A stretch of 64,000 bases of DNA, taken from the NCBI RefSeq assembly GCF_030028105.1, contig NC_092384.1:3453665-3517664 (forward strand). The letters are read 5' to 3'. The position numbers and the translations under genes were made by a program. Of the stretch, positions 25,493 to 37,430 are shown one piece after another. Positions within the stretch are counted from its first letter, which is position 1; the number at the start of each line of letters is the position of its first letter. Origin of the DNA: Mobula birostris. Its lineage: Eukaryota. Under the pieces are notes generated by a model. That model ran no database searches, had not been told where the DNA came from, and saw only the letters and a list, made by a program, of their open reading frames with translations.

Positions 25493-26395
25493 GCACACTT
25501 CTTACTCCAAACATATCTTTCCTCACCCGGCCAAAAAGTTCTATTTTAACTTCATCAGTCCACAGGACTGTTTTTTTCCAAACTGTATCAAGCTTGTTTA
25601 GATGTTCCTTTGCAGACTTCTGACGCTGAATTTTCTGGTGAGAGCGCAGGAAAGGTTTTCTTCAGATGACTTTTCCATGAATGTCATTTTTGTGCAGGTG
25701 TAGTTGCAAAGTAGAACAGTGCACCACCACTCCAGAGTCTGCTAAATCTTCCTGAAGGTCTTTTTCCAGTCAAAGGGCAGCTTTGATGTGCCTTTCTTGC
25801 AATCCTACGACCAGTTATCCCGGAAAGTTTTCTTGGTCTTCTAGATCTAAACTTGACGTCCACCGTTCCTGTTAACTGTCATTTCTTAATTGCATTAGCA
25901 ACTGAGGAAACAACTAGCTGAAAACGCTTTTCTATCTTCTTTCAGCAGTCTCCTGCTTTATGGGCATCATTTATTTTAGTTTTCAGAGAGCTAGTCAGCT
26001 GCTTAGAGAAGCCCCTGGCTGCTGATTGTTAGGACAACGTTTGAGCAGTCAGAGCATTTATAAAGCTTTGAAATTTGCATGCCCCGGCCGTTCCCAATGA
26101 TGACTATGAACAAGCCATAGCCCGACAAGCTAGTTAATTTCTGAGACTTTGGTAAAAGGTATCTGAGAGTTCAAATCTCTTGGGGTGCCTAAACTTTTGC
26201 ATGATGTTCGCTTCCCTTTTTTTCGCTCTAAAATTGTACAAAAGAAAAATAATATTCTAATCTTGCTTAAAATGTTGAAAGGAATGTTTCATCTTTAAAA
26301 TTATGACTATTGGAGATCAGTTCGTCTTCTAATTACTTAACTATTTACAGTAACATAAATTATGACAAGTTTGCCCAAACTTTTGTATGCCTCTG
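25493..26395 (-). mobile_element. Tc1/mariner transposon, 5' half (inverted)
   Basis: The minus strand encodes VLWTDEVKIELFG and, after a frameshift, RYVWSKK. A long TIR with inner and outer gggtgcc(c/t)aaactttt(g)-type repeats lies at ~26183-26395. Confidence 0.8.
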
Positions 26396-27384
26396 AATCT
26401 CCTCATTGGTAGGTAGAGATGTGGGTAGTGGCAGCTAAACTCGCCGTTGAAGATTAACAAGGAAGCATACCTGCATTTGAAGAGGAGCTGACTACAGTAT
26501 GACCTCCCTTTATGGGGTTACCCATAGCTTTATCTCTATTAGATACGGTTTAAGTTCTTCCGTTGAGCTTATGACTTTGTGATCAGCAATCCAAATACCA
26601 TCACACAATAAGAACATTAATTAAACATTTGTTCTTGTATAATAATAACGTATAAAATATCTATTCTGACTTGGTGTCCTCTCTGTGCTTAGCCGGACAA
26701 GCATGATTTCGATGAGATGGTGGCGCTCCCAGACGAGGCAGACACTATGTCTGATCAACAGGGTCTTATTATTTTTTTTTTTTTTTTTTACAATCACGTC
26801 ACTGCTAGATACTAATCACCTTAAGTACTGCAGGTCCATCCAATCAACGCGTGCTTAATAACGATGCAGATGGAATTACTGTGTACATTTTTTTTGTGGC
26901 GGGTGCTTAGTGCTGCCAGCTACTGTTCTCAGGGTGCCACTCTCTGGTCTTCGCTCTATACTACCTACAGCTTTCGCTTGCTGTAGCTCTTCCATGACCT
27001 CCCATGAAGAAGCTTGACAAGGACAAATTACTCTCAATCACTCTTTAGCTATATTATCATGGGCAATAGTATATATTTTGTGGCTGTGTGCTTTTGTCTC
27101 AAATCTTAACCATATGTGCTCTATATTCTATGAACTATGTGCTCTGTACTGTTGGCCATGCGTTTTGCACTTATGTCCCGTAGGAATGCTGTTTGGTTTG
27201 GGTATATACATGTATGATTGAATGATAATTAAACATATTGAACTTGAACCTCCATATTTATAAGGTTTAGTAATTTTTCATTCGCATTATTGCTGCTTGT
27301 TTGGTTCGCTTTGACTTAATAATGAATAAGGTTCCTCATTATTATTGCATTACCTTAATAGAATCGCCTCTAAATTGCTTACAT

Positions 27385-27660
27385 GTACTACCTCAAAGCA
27401 AGACCACAAATGGGAAAAAAAAAACCTATATACATAGCCGCCCTCAAACTAAACACAAACGAAAACTACATCAATGCCTTGGTAACCTGAGACTTTTAAC
27501 TGCTCAGGTTTTAACTGCTAAGTCCCTGCCCCTAGACCAACCAAAAGCTAATTAACTCAATTATCCAATTAAAGATGGTATCCTCCACCATCAGCACACC
27601 TGTTTCAGACCCAGTCACTACTACTGCTGGGGATGAGTGTTTTACTGAGTGCGCCATGTG
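27385..27660 (-). repeat. Partial second LTR of the Gmr1-type family
   Basis: Diverged homolog of ~22455-22725 in the same orientation (gccttggtaacctgag...tgcgccatgt). Confidence 0.75.
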
Positions 27661-27692
27661 CAACTACTTAGCACCACTAACCTCCTGTTGCC

Positions 27693-28204
27693 TGTTCCGT
27701 ATGATCTCCTAAGCACGGGTAAAAGTCTCCGTAATGCTCGTGAACCTGTGTCAGAACCGAAAATGGATGTCTCTTGTTTTGTCAGGACACGGTCCCAGGC
27801 AAAAATCCAAGCTCAGTCTGGAATACATCCTTTGCCAGACATATGTGGTAATCTGCTCAATGCTGGAACCAAAGGGCCCAGAAAGACACGTCAGCAACGG
27901 CAGTAAGAGAAACATGCTCGTACACCTTTATCTTGTGAAATGCTGAAAATGCTGTGTCAGATGTTAAGTGGGAAGTGCCAGAAAACACCACCATGTTACA
28001 ACAGCCTGATATTTGTTAAAGTCTTTGTTAACCAAAATCTTAGCCACTGCTAATTACACCGCCCAGGTAGATGGTGTAGTGTATGTTCTTCACAGCGGCA
28101 TCCTTTATCAGGGAGAGGAGCCAAGTAACAGGAGGTTAGTGGTGCCAAGTAGTTGCAGGTCCTTACACCTTACACATACCATTCCCTGGGCAGGACAGTT
28201 AGGA
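27693..28204 (+). mobile_element. Gmr1-type pol, 5' part (post-protease linker to IN zinc-binding N-terminus)
   Basis: Encodes RTRSQAK..PLPDICGNLLNAGTKGPRKTRQQR and RRLVVPSSCRSLHLTHTIPWAGQLG. The latter normally continues into the RLASRF..CPEC found on the minus strand at 25244. Confidence 0.8.
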
Positions 28205-30561
28205 CCCCAGAACCAGGCATGGACATGTCATGGAGTAGGGAGAGGAGGAACATAGAAAACAGAGCTTCGGTCTCGGGAGAGCAGGTAAATGGAACCATGG
28301 ACACATACGCAGAACAGAGTCGGGACCCCTCTTTGGATACAGGACATAGGGCCGGGACCCCTCCTTGTGTACAGGACATATGGCAGGGACTCATGACCCA
28401 CTGTGGGGCAATGGCAATACGGGCCGACTTATCCCAAGGAGGCGAGGTCCAGACAAGACAAACAACAAAGAACAACACAGTTCCTGTCTAGCTCCAGTGA
28501 TAGACCCAGACCGAGATGCAGGCGAGGGCTAAAGACGAGGGCTAGAGGCGAGAGGGGCAGAGAGAGTATTCAGACAGGGGGAGTATGACAGGAATCACAG
28601 ACCAACAGGGCCAGAACTTGACTAGGTACTCGGATGCCGCGAGGGCCAGAACTTGGACGTGGTACTTGGATGTCGCTGGAGCCAGGACGTGGTACTTGGG
28701 ACCTCTGGGTAGTGGCGAGCTCTAGACTCGGCCCAGGAACTGTAGACAGTGGATCCTGATACTCCCCGGCGGGTTAACTGACGGACCCACCTTGATGAGG
28801 AATCTTTCCAAGCTCGCTTCGGCGAGGTAACTGGACAGGGTTGCTACGGTGAGAAAGGGCGAATTACCGGCATTCGCTTCGGCAGAGACGAGGCTTGCTC
28901 CGGCCAGATGACATCGGCACACTGTACCTTTGATGACCTTGCAGACGCTACCGAGCGGAACAGCTGAAAACCGGGGACTGTAAACTACCGGTTCAGACGA
29001 GCATTAATTGCCTCTCATCACCAAAGCAGAGGGACACGGGAAAACAGGGAATCAACGGTCCGGATCGTTACGTAAACAAAGTAAATTTAAAGGGACCCTG
29101 ATCCAGAACAGGACAGTATCCCCCTCCCAATAGGAGCGTCCAGGCGGCCAACAAATTTGCCTGTATTATCTATGATGCGGTAGGTTGGAGGGGAATTTGC
29201 CGGCGGGAAATACAGAACAACAACACCTTGACTTTTCGGCTGACAAGAGTTTGGAAAAACAGTTTGTGTCTGCTGGGTCCATGTTTAGCGAGAGCGTTCT
29301 GTCACACTAGCGGGGGTGAGGGGGGTGGGCATTGGGAAGAACGGTGGACCTAAATGCTAGACACATCTTGTGAGGTTACTTAGATTTAGTTTATTGTTCG
29401 ATACCAGGAGAGCTAGGCAGGAGCAAGATTAGCGAACTGGACAGGGACGCAGGACGACTAGTAATCTGAGACTAGGGGTCCTGGCTAGGACTGGGAATCG
29501 GCTCCCAGACCTAGAGCAGACATGAAGAAGCTAGGGTATGGACTCCGAACCAGAGACTGGGCAAGGACGCAGTACCTGGGTCTTGCCTCGGGCTCGGACC
29601 CCAGAACCAGGCATGTACATATCATGGGCTAGGGAGCGGAGGAACATGGAAAACAGAGCCTCGGGTTCGGGAGAGCAGGTACATGGAACCATGGATACAT
29701 ACACAGAACACAGAGTCGGGACCCCTCCTTGGGTACAGGACATAGGGCCGGGACTTATAACCCTCCGCGGTGCAATGACAAGACGGCCTGACTTACCCCA
29801 CGGAGAAGAGGACAAGACAAGACAAACATGAAAGAACAACGGAGTTCCTATCTAGCTCCAGTGATTGCACTAGACCGAGGAGCAGGCGAGGGTTACAGCC
29901 GAGAACTAGAGGCGACAGGGGCAGAGGAAGGATCCAGACAGGGGGGTAGGAAAGGAATCACAGGCCGCCAGGATTAGGACTTCCCTAGGTACTCGGATGC
30001 CGCCGGGGCCAGGGCTTGGTATTGGGACCTCCCGGTAGTTGCGAGCTCTGGACTCAGCCTAGGAACAGTAGACAGCGGCTCCTGATTCTCTCCGGCGGGT
30101 TAGCTGACGGACCCATCTTGATGAGGAAACTTTGCAGGCTCGCTTCGGCGAGGTAACTGGACAGGGTTGCTCCGGTGAGGAAGGGCGAATTACCGGCACT
30201 CGCTTCGGCAGAGAATAGGCTTGCTCCGGCCAGATGACATTAGCACATTGTACCTTAGATGACTTTGTAGCCGCTCCCGCACCGAACAGCTGAAAGCCGG
30301 AGATTATAAACTACCGGTTCAGCCGAGCATTAATTGCCTATCATCACCAAAGTCGAGGGACACGTTAAAACAGGGAATCAACGGACCGGATCGTAATATA
30401 AACAAGGGAAATTTAAAGAGACCTCGATCCGGACCAAGACAGTACCACCGTCCCAGTGAGAGCCTCCAGGACACCAACAGATTTGCCTGTATTATCGATG
30501 ACCCGGGGGTGTGGACCGGAATTTGGCCGGCGGGCAAAACAGAACAAAAACACCTTGACTT

Positions 30562-33500
30562 AGAGCATAAGACAAAGGAGCAGAAGTAGGCCATTCGGCC
30601 CATCGAGTCTGCTCCGCCATTTTATCATGACCTGATCCATTTTATCCTATTTAGACCCACTGCCCCGCCTTCTCACCATAACCTTTGATGCCCTGGCTAC
30701 TCAGATACCTTTCAATCTCTGCCTTAAATACACCCAATTACTTGGCCTCCACTGCTGCCCGTGACAACAATTTCACAGATTCACCACCCTCTGACTAAAA
30801 AGAAAACCTGCGCATTTCTGTTCTGAAAGGGCGCCCTTCAATCCTGAAGTCATACCCTCTCGTACTAGACTCCCCCATCATGGGAAATAATTTTGCTACA
30901 TCCACTCTGTCCATGCCTTTTAACATTCGAAATGTTTCTATGAGGTCTCCCCTCATTCTTCTAAACTCCAAGGAATACAGTCCAAGAGCGGACAAACGTT
31001 CCTCATATGTTAACGCTCTCATTCCCGGAATCATTCTAGTGAATCTTCTCTGTACCCTCTCCAATGTCAGCACATCCTTTTTTAAATAAGGAGACCAAAA
31101 CTGCCCACAGTACTCCAAGTGAGGTCTCACCAGCGCCTTATAGAGCCTCAACATCACATCCCTGCTCCTATACTCTATTCCTCTAGAAATGAATGCCAAC
31201 ATTGCATTCGCCTTCTTCACTACTGACTCAACCTGGAAGTTAACTTTAAGGGAATCCTGTACGAGGGCTCTCAAGTACCGTTGCATCTCAGAACTTTGAA
31301 TTCTTTCCCCATTTAAATAATAGTCTGCCCGTTTATTTTTTCTGTCAAAGTGCATAACCATACACTTTCCAACGTTGTACTTCCTTTGCCACTTCTCTGC
31401 CCATTCTTCCAATCTATCCAAGTCTCTCTGCAGACTCTGTTTCCTCAGCACTACCGGCCCCTCCACCTATCTTCGTATGGTCAGCAAACTTAGCCACAAA
31501 GCCATCTGTTCCATAATCCAAATCGTTGATGTACAATGTAAAAAGAAGCGGCCCCAACACTGATCCCTGTGGAACACCACTGGTAACTGGCAGCCAACCA
31601 GAATAGGATCCCTTTATTCCAACTCTGTTTCCTGCTAATCAGCCAACGCTCTATCCATGTATGTAACTTTCCAGTAATTCCATGGGCTCTTATCTTGTTA
31701 AGTAGCCTCATGTGTGGCACCTTGTCAAAGGCCTTTCTTCTGAAAATCGAAATATACAACATCCACTGCATCTCCCTTGCCTAGCCTACTGGTAATTTCC
31801 TCAAAAATTTGTAATAGGTTTGTCAGGCAGGATTTTCCTTTAAGGAATCCATTCTGAGTTCTGCCTATCTTGTCATATGCCTCCAGGTACTCTGTAACCT
31901 TACCCTTGACAATCGACTCCTACAACTTCCCAACCACCGACGTCAAGCTAACAGGTCGATAATTTCCTTTTTGCTTCCTTGCCCCCTTCTTAAATAGCGG
32001 AATGACATTTGCAATCTTCCAGTCTTCCGGAACCATGCCAGAATCTATCGACTTTTGAAAGATCATCGCTAATGCCTCTGTAATCTCCACAGCTACTTCC
32101 TTCAGAACACGAGGGTGCATTCCATCTGGTCCAGGAGATTTATCGACCTTTAGCCTATTCAGCTTCCTGAGTACTTTCTCTGTCGTAATTGTGACTGCGC
32201 AAACTTCTCTTCCCTGCCACCCTTGAGTGTCTGGTATCCTGCTGTCTTCCACAGTGAAGACTGATGCAAAATACTTGTTCAGTTCCTCTGCCATCTCCTC
32301 ATCCCCCATTACAATTTCTCCAGTATCATTTTCTATCGGTCCTGTATCTACTCTCACCTGTCTTTAACTCTTTATATACTTGAAAAAGCTTTTAGTATCC
32401 TCTTTGATATTATTTGCTAGTTTCCTTTCATAGTTAATCTTTTCTCTCTTTATGACCTTCTTGGTTTCCTTTTGTAAGGTTTCAAAAACTTCCCAATCCT
32501 CTGTCTTCCCACTAATTTTTGCTTCCATGTATGCCCTCTCCTTTGCTTTAACTTTGGCTTTGACTTCTCTTGTCAACCACGGTTGCATCCTTTTTCCACT
32601 CGAAAATTTCTTCTCTTTTGGAATATACGTGTCTTGCACATTCCTCATTTCTCGCATAAACTCCAGCCACTGCTGCTCTACCGCCTTTCCCGCCAGTGCC
32701 TTTTTCCAGTCAACTTTAGCCAGTTCCTCTGCCATGCCACTGTAATTTCCTTTACCTTCACCTCAATCTCTCCAATCACCTCCGGTTCATTACACAATAC
32801 CCAATCCAGTACAGCCGATCCCCTAGTGGGCTCAACAACAAGCTGTTCTAAAAAGCCATCTCGCAGACATTCTACAAATTCTCGCTCTTGAGATCCAGTG
32901 CTGACCTGCTTTTCCTAATCTACTCGCATGTTAAAATCCCCCACAATTATCATAACGCTGCTTTTCTGACAAGCCTTTTCTATTTCCAGTTGTAATTTGT
33001 AGTCCACATCCCTGCAGCTGTTTGGAGGCCTATAAATAACTGCCATCAGGGTCCTTTTACCCCTGCTATTCCTTAGCTCAACCCATAAAGATTCTGCACC
33101 TTCCGATCCTATATCACCTCTTTCTAATGATTTAATATCATTTCTTACCAATAAAGCCACGCCTCCCCCTCTGCCTACCTTCCTATCCTTCCGATACACC
33201 GTGTATCCTTAGACGTTCAGCTCCCAGAGACATGCATCCTTTAGCCAGGTCTCAGTAATGGCCACAATATCATACCTGCCATTCTGTAGCTGTACAACAA
33301 GATCATCCACCTTATTCCTTATGCTGCGTGCATTTAAGTACAACACCTTAAGATCAGTATTTGATACTTCTTGCTTTGATTTCACTGCAACTTTATTGCA
33401 CTGCAACTCATCCCAATGGCTACACATTTGCCCCATCACCTGCCTGTCTTTCCTGACATCTTTCCTGCTCACTATCTTAGATTTATTTCTGTTTTCTCCT

Positions 33501-34738
33501 TCCTACGCTCTATCATTCTGGTTCCCACCCCTCCTGCCAAATTAGTTTAAACCCTCCCTAACAGCTCTATTAAACTTTCCCGCCAGGATATTGATCCCCT
33601 TCGGGTTCAGGTGTAACCTGTCCTTTTTCAACAGGTCATACTTTCCCCAGAAGAGATCCCAATTATCCAAGAATCTGAAGCCCTGCCCCCTACACCAGTC
33701 TCTCAGCCAGGCATTCATCTGCCTGATCCGACTGCTCTTGCCCTCGATAGCACGTGGCACAGGTAGCAATCCCGAGATTACTACCCTGGAGGTCCTGCTT
33801 CTCAGCTTCCTTCCTAACTCCTGGAAATCTCTCTTCAGGACCTCCTCCTTTGCCCTATGTCATTGGTACCCAAATGTACCAAGACAACTGGCTGCTCACC
33901 CTCCCCCTTTAGAATATTCAGGACCCGATCCGAGACATCCCGTACCCTGGCACCTGGGAGGCAACACACCATGCGGGTATCTGTCAGGCTCACCGAATCT
34001 CCTGTCTGTTCCCCTGACTATGGAATCCCCCACGACTACCGCAATTCTCTTCTCCCTCCTTCCTCTTCTCCCTCTTCTCCTGCACAACAGACCCGGTCAC
34101 GTGGACGTCCCCTGTCAGGTCATCCCCCTCTACAGCATCCAGAACAAGATATTTGTTGCTGAGGGGGACAGCCACAGGCGTGCTCTCCACTATCCGGGCA
34201 TTTCCCTTCCCTCTCTTGACAGTGAACCAGTGTTCTGACTCCTGTAGCCTGGGGATGACTACCTCCCTGTAGTTCCTGTCGATTACCTCTTCACTTTCCC
34301 TGATAAGCAGTAGGTCATCAAGCTGCAGCTCCAGAACCCTAACACGGTCTCTGAGGAGCTGCAACTCGGTGCATCTGCTGCAGATGTGGCCATCAGGGAG
34401 GCTGGAAGTCTCCTAGGATTCCCACGTCTGACACCCTGAACAAAGCACTAACCCTGCAGGCATGCTATCTAATTCTACGCGACTGAAACAGGAAAAATAA
34501 GTCTACTCACCCACTTACCTCCCTAAACAGGCAAACGTTTTAAACCGTTAGCTCGTACCGTTAGCTGTGAGAGCCCTACTGTTCCTGTCTGTCCGGGCCG
34601 ATTCGCGAAAGGGGTGGGGGGGGGGGGGAGGGAAAAAAAAAAACAAGAGGTGGCTCTTCCCTCTCGCCTCTTCTCGTTTATGGCCGAAGCCCTACACTCT
34701 GCTACCGCTCCGACAGCTGCCCGCTGTATAGGGTGGTC
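30562..34738 (-). mobile_element. Near full-length CR1 LINE inserted in the array's internal region
   Basis: TSD GACTT (30557-30561 and 34739-34743). ORF1 zf/leucine zipper (LLRDRVRVLELQLDDL) and esterase (VVVGDSIVRG). APE (KVLYLNARSIRNK, IVGDFNM) and RT fragments. CR1 3' tail. Confidence 0.9.
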
Positions 34739-36185
34739 GACTTTCTGGCTGACAAGAGTTTGGAAAAACTGTTTGTGTCTTCTGGGTCCATGTTTGGTGA
34801 GAGCGTTGTGTCACACTTGTTGGGGGGGGGCATTGGGAGCAAGGGTGGACCCAAATGCGCGACAGATCTTGTGAGGTTACTTAGATTTAGTTTATTGTTC
34901 GATACCAGGAGTGCTAGGCAGGTGCAGGAGTAACGAACTGGACAAGGACTCAGGACTACTACTGGGCTGGGACTAGGGGTCTGGGCTAGGACTTGGAATC
35001 GGCTCCCAGAACTAGAGGAGACATGAAGAGGCTAGGGTATGGACTCCACGTCCGCGACTGGGTAAGGATCCAGTACGTGGATCCTACCTCGGACTCGGAC
35101 CCCAGAACCATGCATGGACATGACATGGGCTAGGGAGAGGAGGAACATGGAAAACAGAGCCTCGGTCTCGGGCAGCAGGTACATGGAACCATGGACACAT
35201 ACACAGAACACAAGAGTCGGGACCCCTCCTTGGGTCCAAGACATAGGGCTGGGACTCATGAGCCTCCGCAGGGCAACGGCAAGACGGCCTGACTTACCCC
35301 ACGGAGGCGAAGACAAGACAAGACATGACCCCCGCAGAACAACGGAAAAACGGCCTGACTTACCCCACGGAGGCGAGGACAGAACAAGACAAATACCAAA
35401 GAACAAGACAGTTCCTATCTAGCTCCAGTGATAGAACTAGACTGAGGTGCAGGCGAGGGCTACAGACGAGGGCTTGAGGCGAGAGGGGCAGAGAAGGGAT
35501 TCAGACAGGGAGTAGGACAGGAATCACATTGCACCAGGGCCAGAACTTGACTAGAAACTCGGATGCCGCCAGGGCCAGGACCTGACGTGGTACTCGGATG
35601 CCGCCAGGGCCAGGACTTGGACTTGGACGTGGTACTTGGATGCCGCCAGGGCCAGGACTTGGACTTGGTACTCAGATGCCGCCGGAGCCAGGACTTGGAC
35701 TTGGTACTTGGTACTCCAGTACTTGGACAAGACAAGAGATTACCCCCCGCGGAGCAACGGCAAGACGGCCTGACTTACCCCACGGAGGCGAGGACAGGAC
35801 AAGACAGATACCAAAGAGCAAGACAGTTCCTATCTAGCTCCAGTGATAGAACTAGACCGAGGAGCAGGCGAAGGCTACAGACGAGGGCTAGAGGCTAGAG
35901 GTGCAGAGAAGGGATTCAAACAGGGGATAGGACAGGAATCACATTCCGCCAGGGCCAGAACTTGACTAGAAACTCGGATGCCACCAGGGCCAGGACATGA
36001 CTTGGTGCTCGGATGCCGCCAGGGCCAGGACTTGGACTTGGACGTGGTACTTGGATGCCGCCAGGGCCAGGACTTGGACGTGGTATATGGATGTCAACAG
36101 GGCAGGACTTGACTTGGCACTCGGATGCCTCCAGGAACAGAACTTGACTTGGTACTCAGATGCCACCAGGGCCAGGACATGACTT

Positions 36186-36710
36186 GGTACTCGGGTGCCG
36201 CCAGGGCCAGGACATGACTTGGTACTCGGGTGCCGCCAGGGCCAGGACATGACTTGGTACTCGGGTGCCGCCAGGGCCAGGACATGACTTGGTACTCGGG
36301 TGCCGCCAGGGCCAGGACATGACTTGGTACTCGGGTGCCGCCAGGGCCAGGACATGACTTGGTACTCGGGTGCCGCCAGGGCCAGGACATGACTTGGTAC
36401 TCGGGTGCCGCCAGGGCCAGGACATGACTTGGTACTCGGGTGCCGCCAGGGCCAGGACATGACTTGGTACTCGGGTGCCGCCAGGGCCAGGACATGACTT
36501 GGTACTCGGGTGCCGCCAGGGCCAGGACATGACTTGGTACTCGGGTGCCGCCAGGGCCAGGACATGACTTGGTACTCGGGTGCCGCCAGGGCCAGGACAT
36601 GACTTGGTACTCGGGTGCCGCCAGGGCCAGGACATGACTTGGTACTCGGGTGCCGCCAGGGCCAGGACATGACTTGGTACTCGGGTGCCGCCAGGGCCAG
36701 GACATGACTT
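36186..36710. repeat. Minisatellite, 15 perfect copies of a 35-bp unit
   Basis: Unit ggtactcgggtgccgccagggccaggacatgactt starts at 36186, 36221 ... 36676. Degenerate copies flank it. Lies within an LTR. Confidence 0.95.
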
Positions 36711-37430
36711 GGACGTGGTACTTGGCTGCCACCGGAGCCAGGACTTGGACTTGGACATGGTATATGGATGCCAACAGGGCCAAGACTTGACTTGGTACTC
36801 GGATGCCGCCAGGGAAAGTACTTGACTCGGTACTCAGATGCCACCAGGGCCAAGACTTGTCTTGGTACTCGGATACCGCCAGAGATAGGACTTGACTTGG
36901 TACTGGGATGCCGCCAGAGATAGGACTTGACTTGGTACTCAGATGCCGCCAGGACCAAGATTTGGACTTGGACGTGGTTTTTGGATGCCGCCGGAGCCAG
37001 GACGTGGTACTTGGAACCTCCGGGTTGCGGCGAGCTCTAGATTCGGCCCAGAAACAGTAGACAGCGGCTCCTGATTGTCTCCGGCGGGTTAACTGACAGA
37101 CCCACCTTGATGAGGAAACTTTGCAGGCTGGCTTCGGCGAGGTAACTGGACAGGGTTGCTCCAGTGAGGAAGGACGAATTACCGGCACTCGCTTCGGCAG
37201 AGACGAGGCTTGCTCCAGCCAGATGACATCGGCACACCGTACCTTTGATAACCTTGCAGATGCTCCCGAGCTGAACAGCTGAATGCCGGAGACTATAAAC
37301 TACCGGTTCAGCCGGGCGTTAATTGCCTCCAATCACCAAAGCCGAGGGACACGAGAAAAGAGGGAATCAACGATTCGGATCGTAACTTAAACAAGGTAAA
37401 TTTAAAGGGACCCCGATCCGGACCATGGCG

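Larger units (their letters stand above)
28202..37430 (-). mobile_element. Tandem array of a non-autonomous sushi/chromovirus-type LTR element (LTR-int-LTR-int-LTR)
   Basis: LTRs at 28202-29115, 29300-30441 and 34809-37430. Internal regions at 29116-29299 and at 30442-30561 + 34744-34808. Each internal region has a gag-like start (MDPAD/MDPED), a chromodomain-end remnant and a PPT. Confidence 0.8.

Noticed and set aside
36186-36710. 35-bp repeat array as CRISPR
   Set aside because: The units are contiguous with no spacers, there are no cas genes, and the context is a eukaryotic LTR.
35966-37188. 200-364 aa ORFs as protein-coding genes
   Set aside because: They result from a stop-free 35-bp unit read in three frames inside an LTR and have no domain signature.
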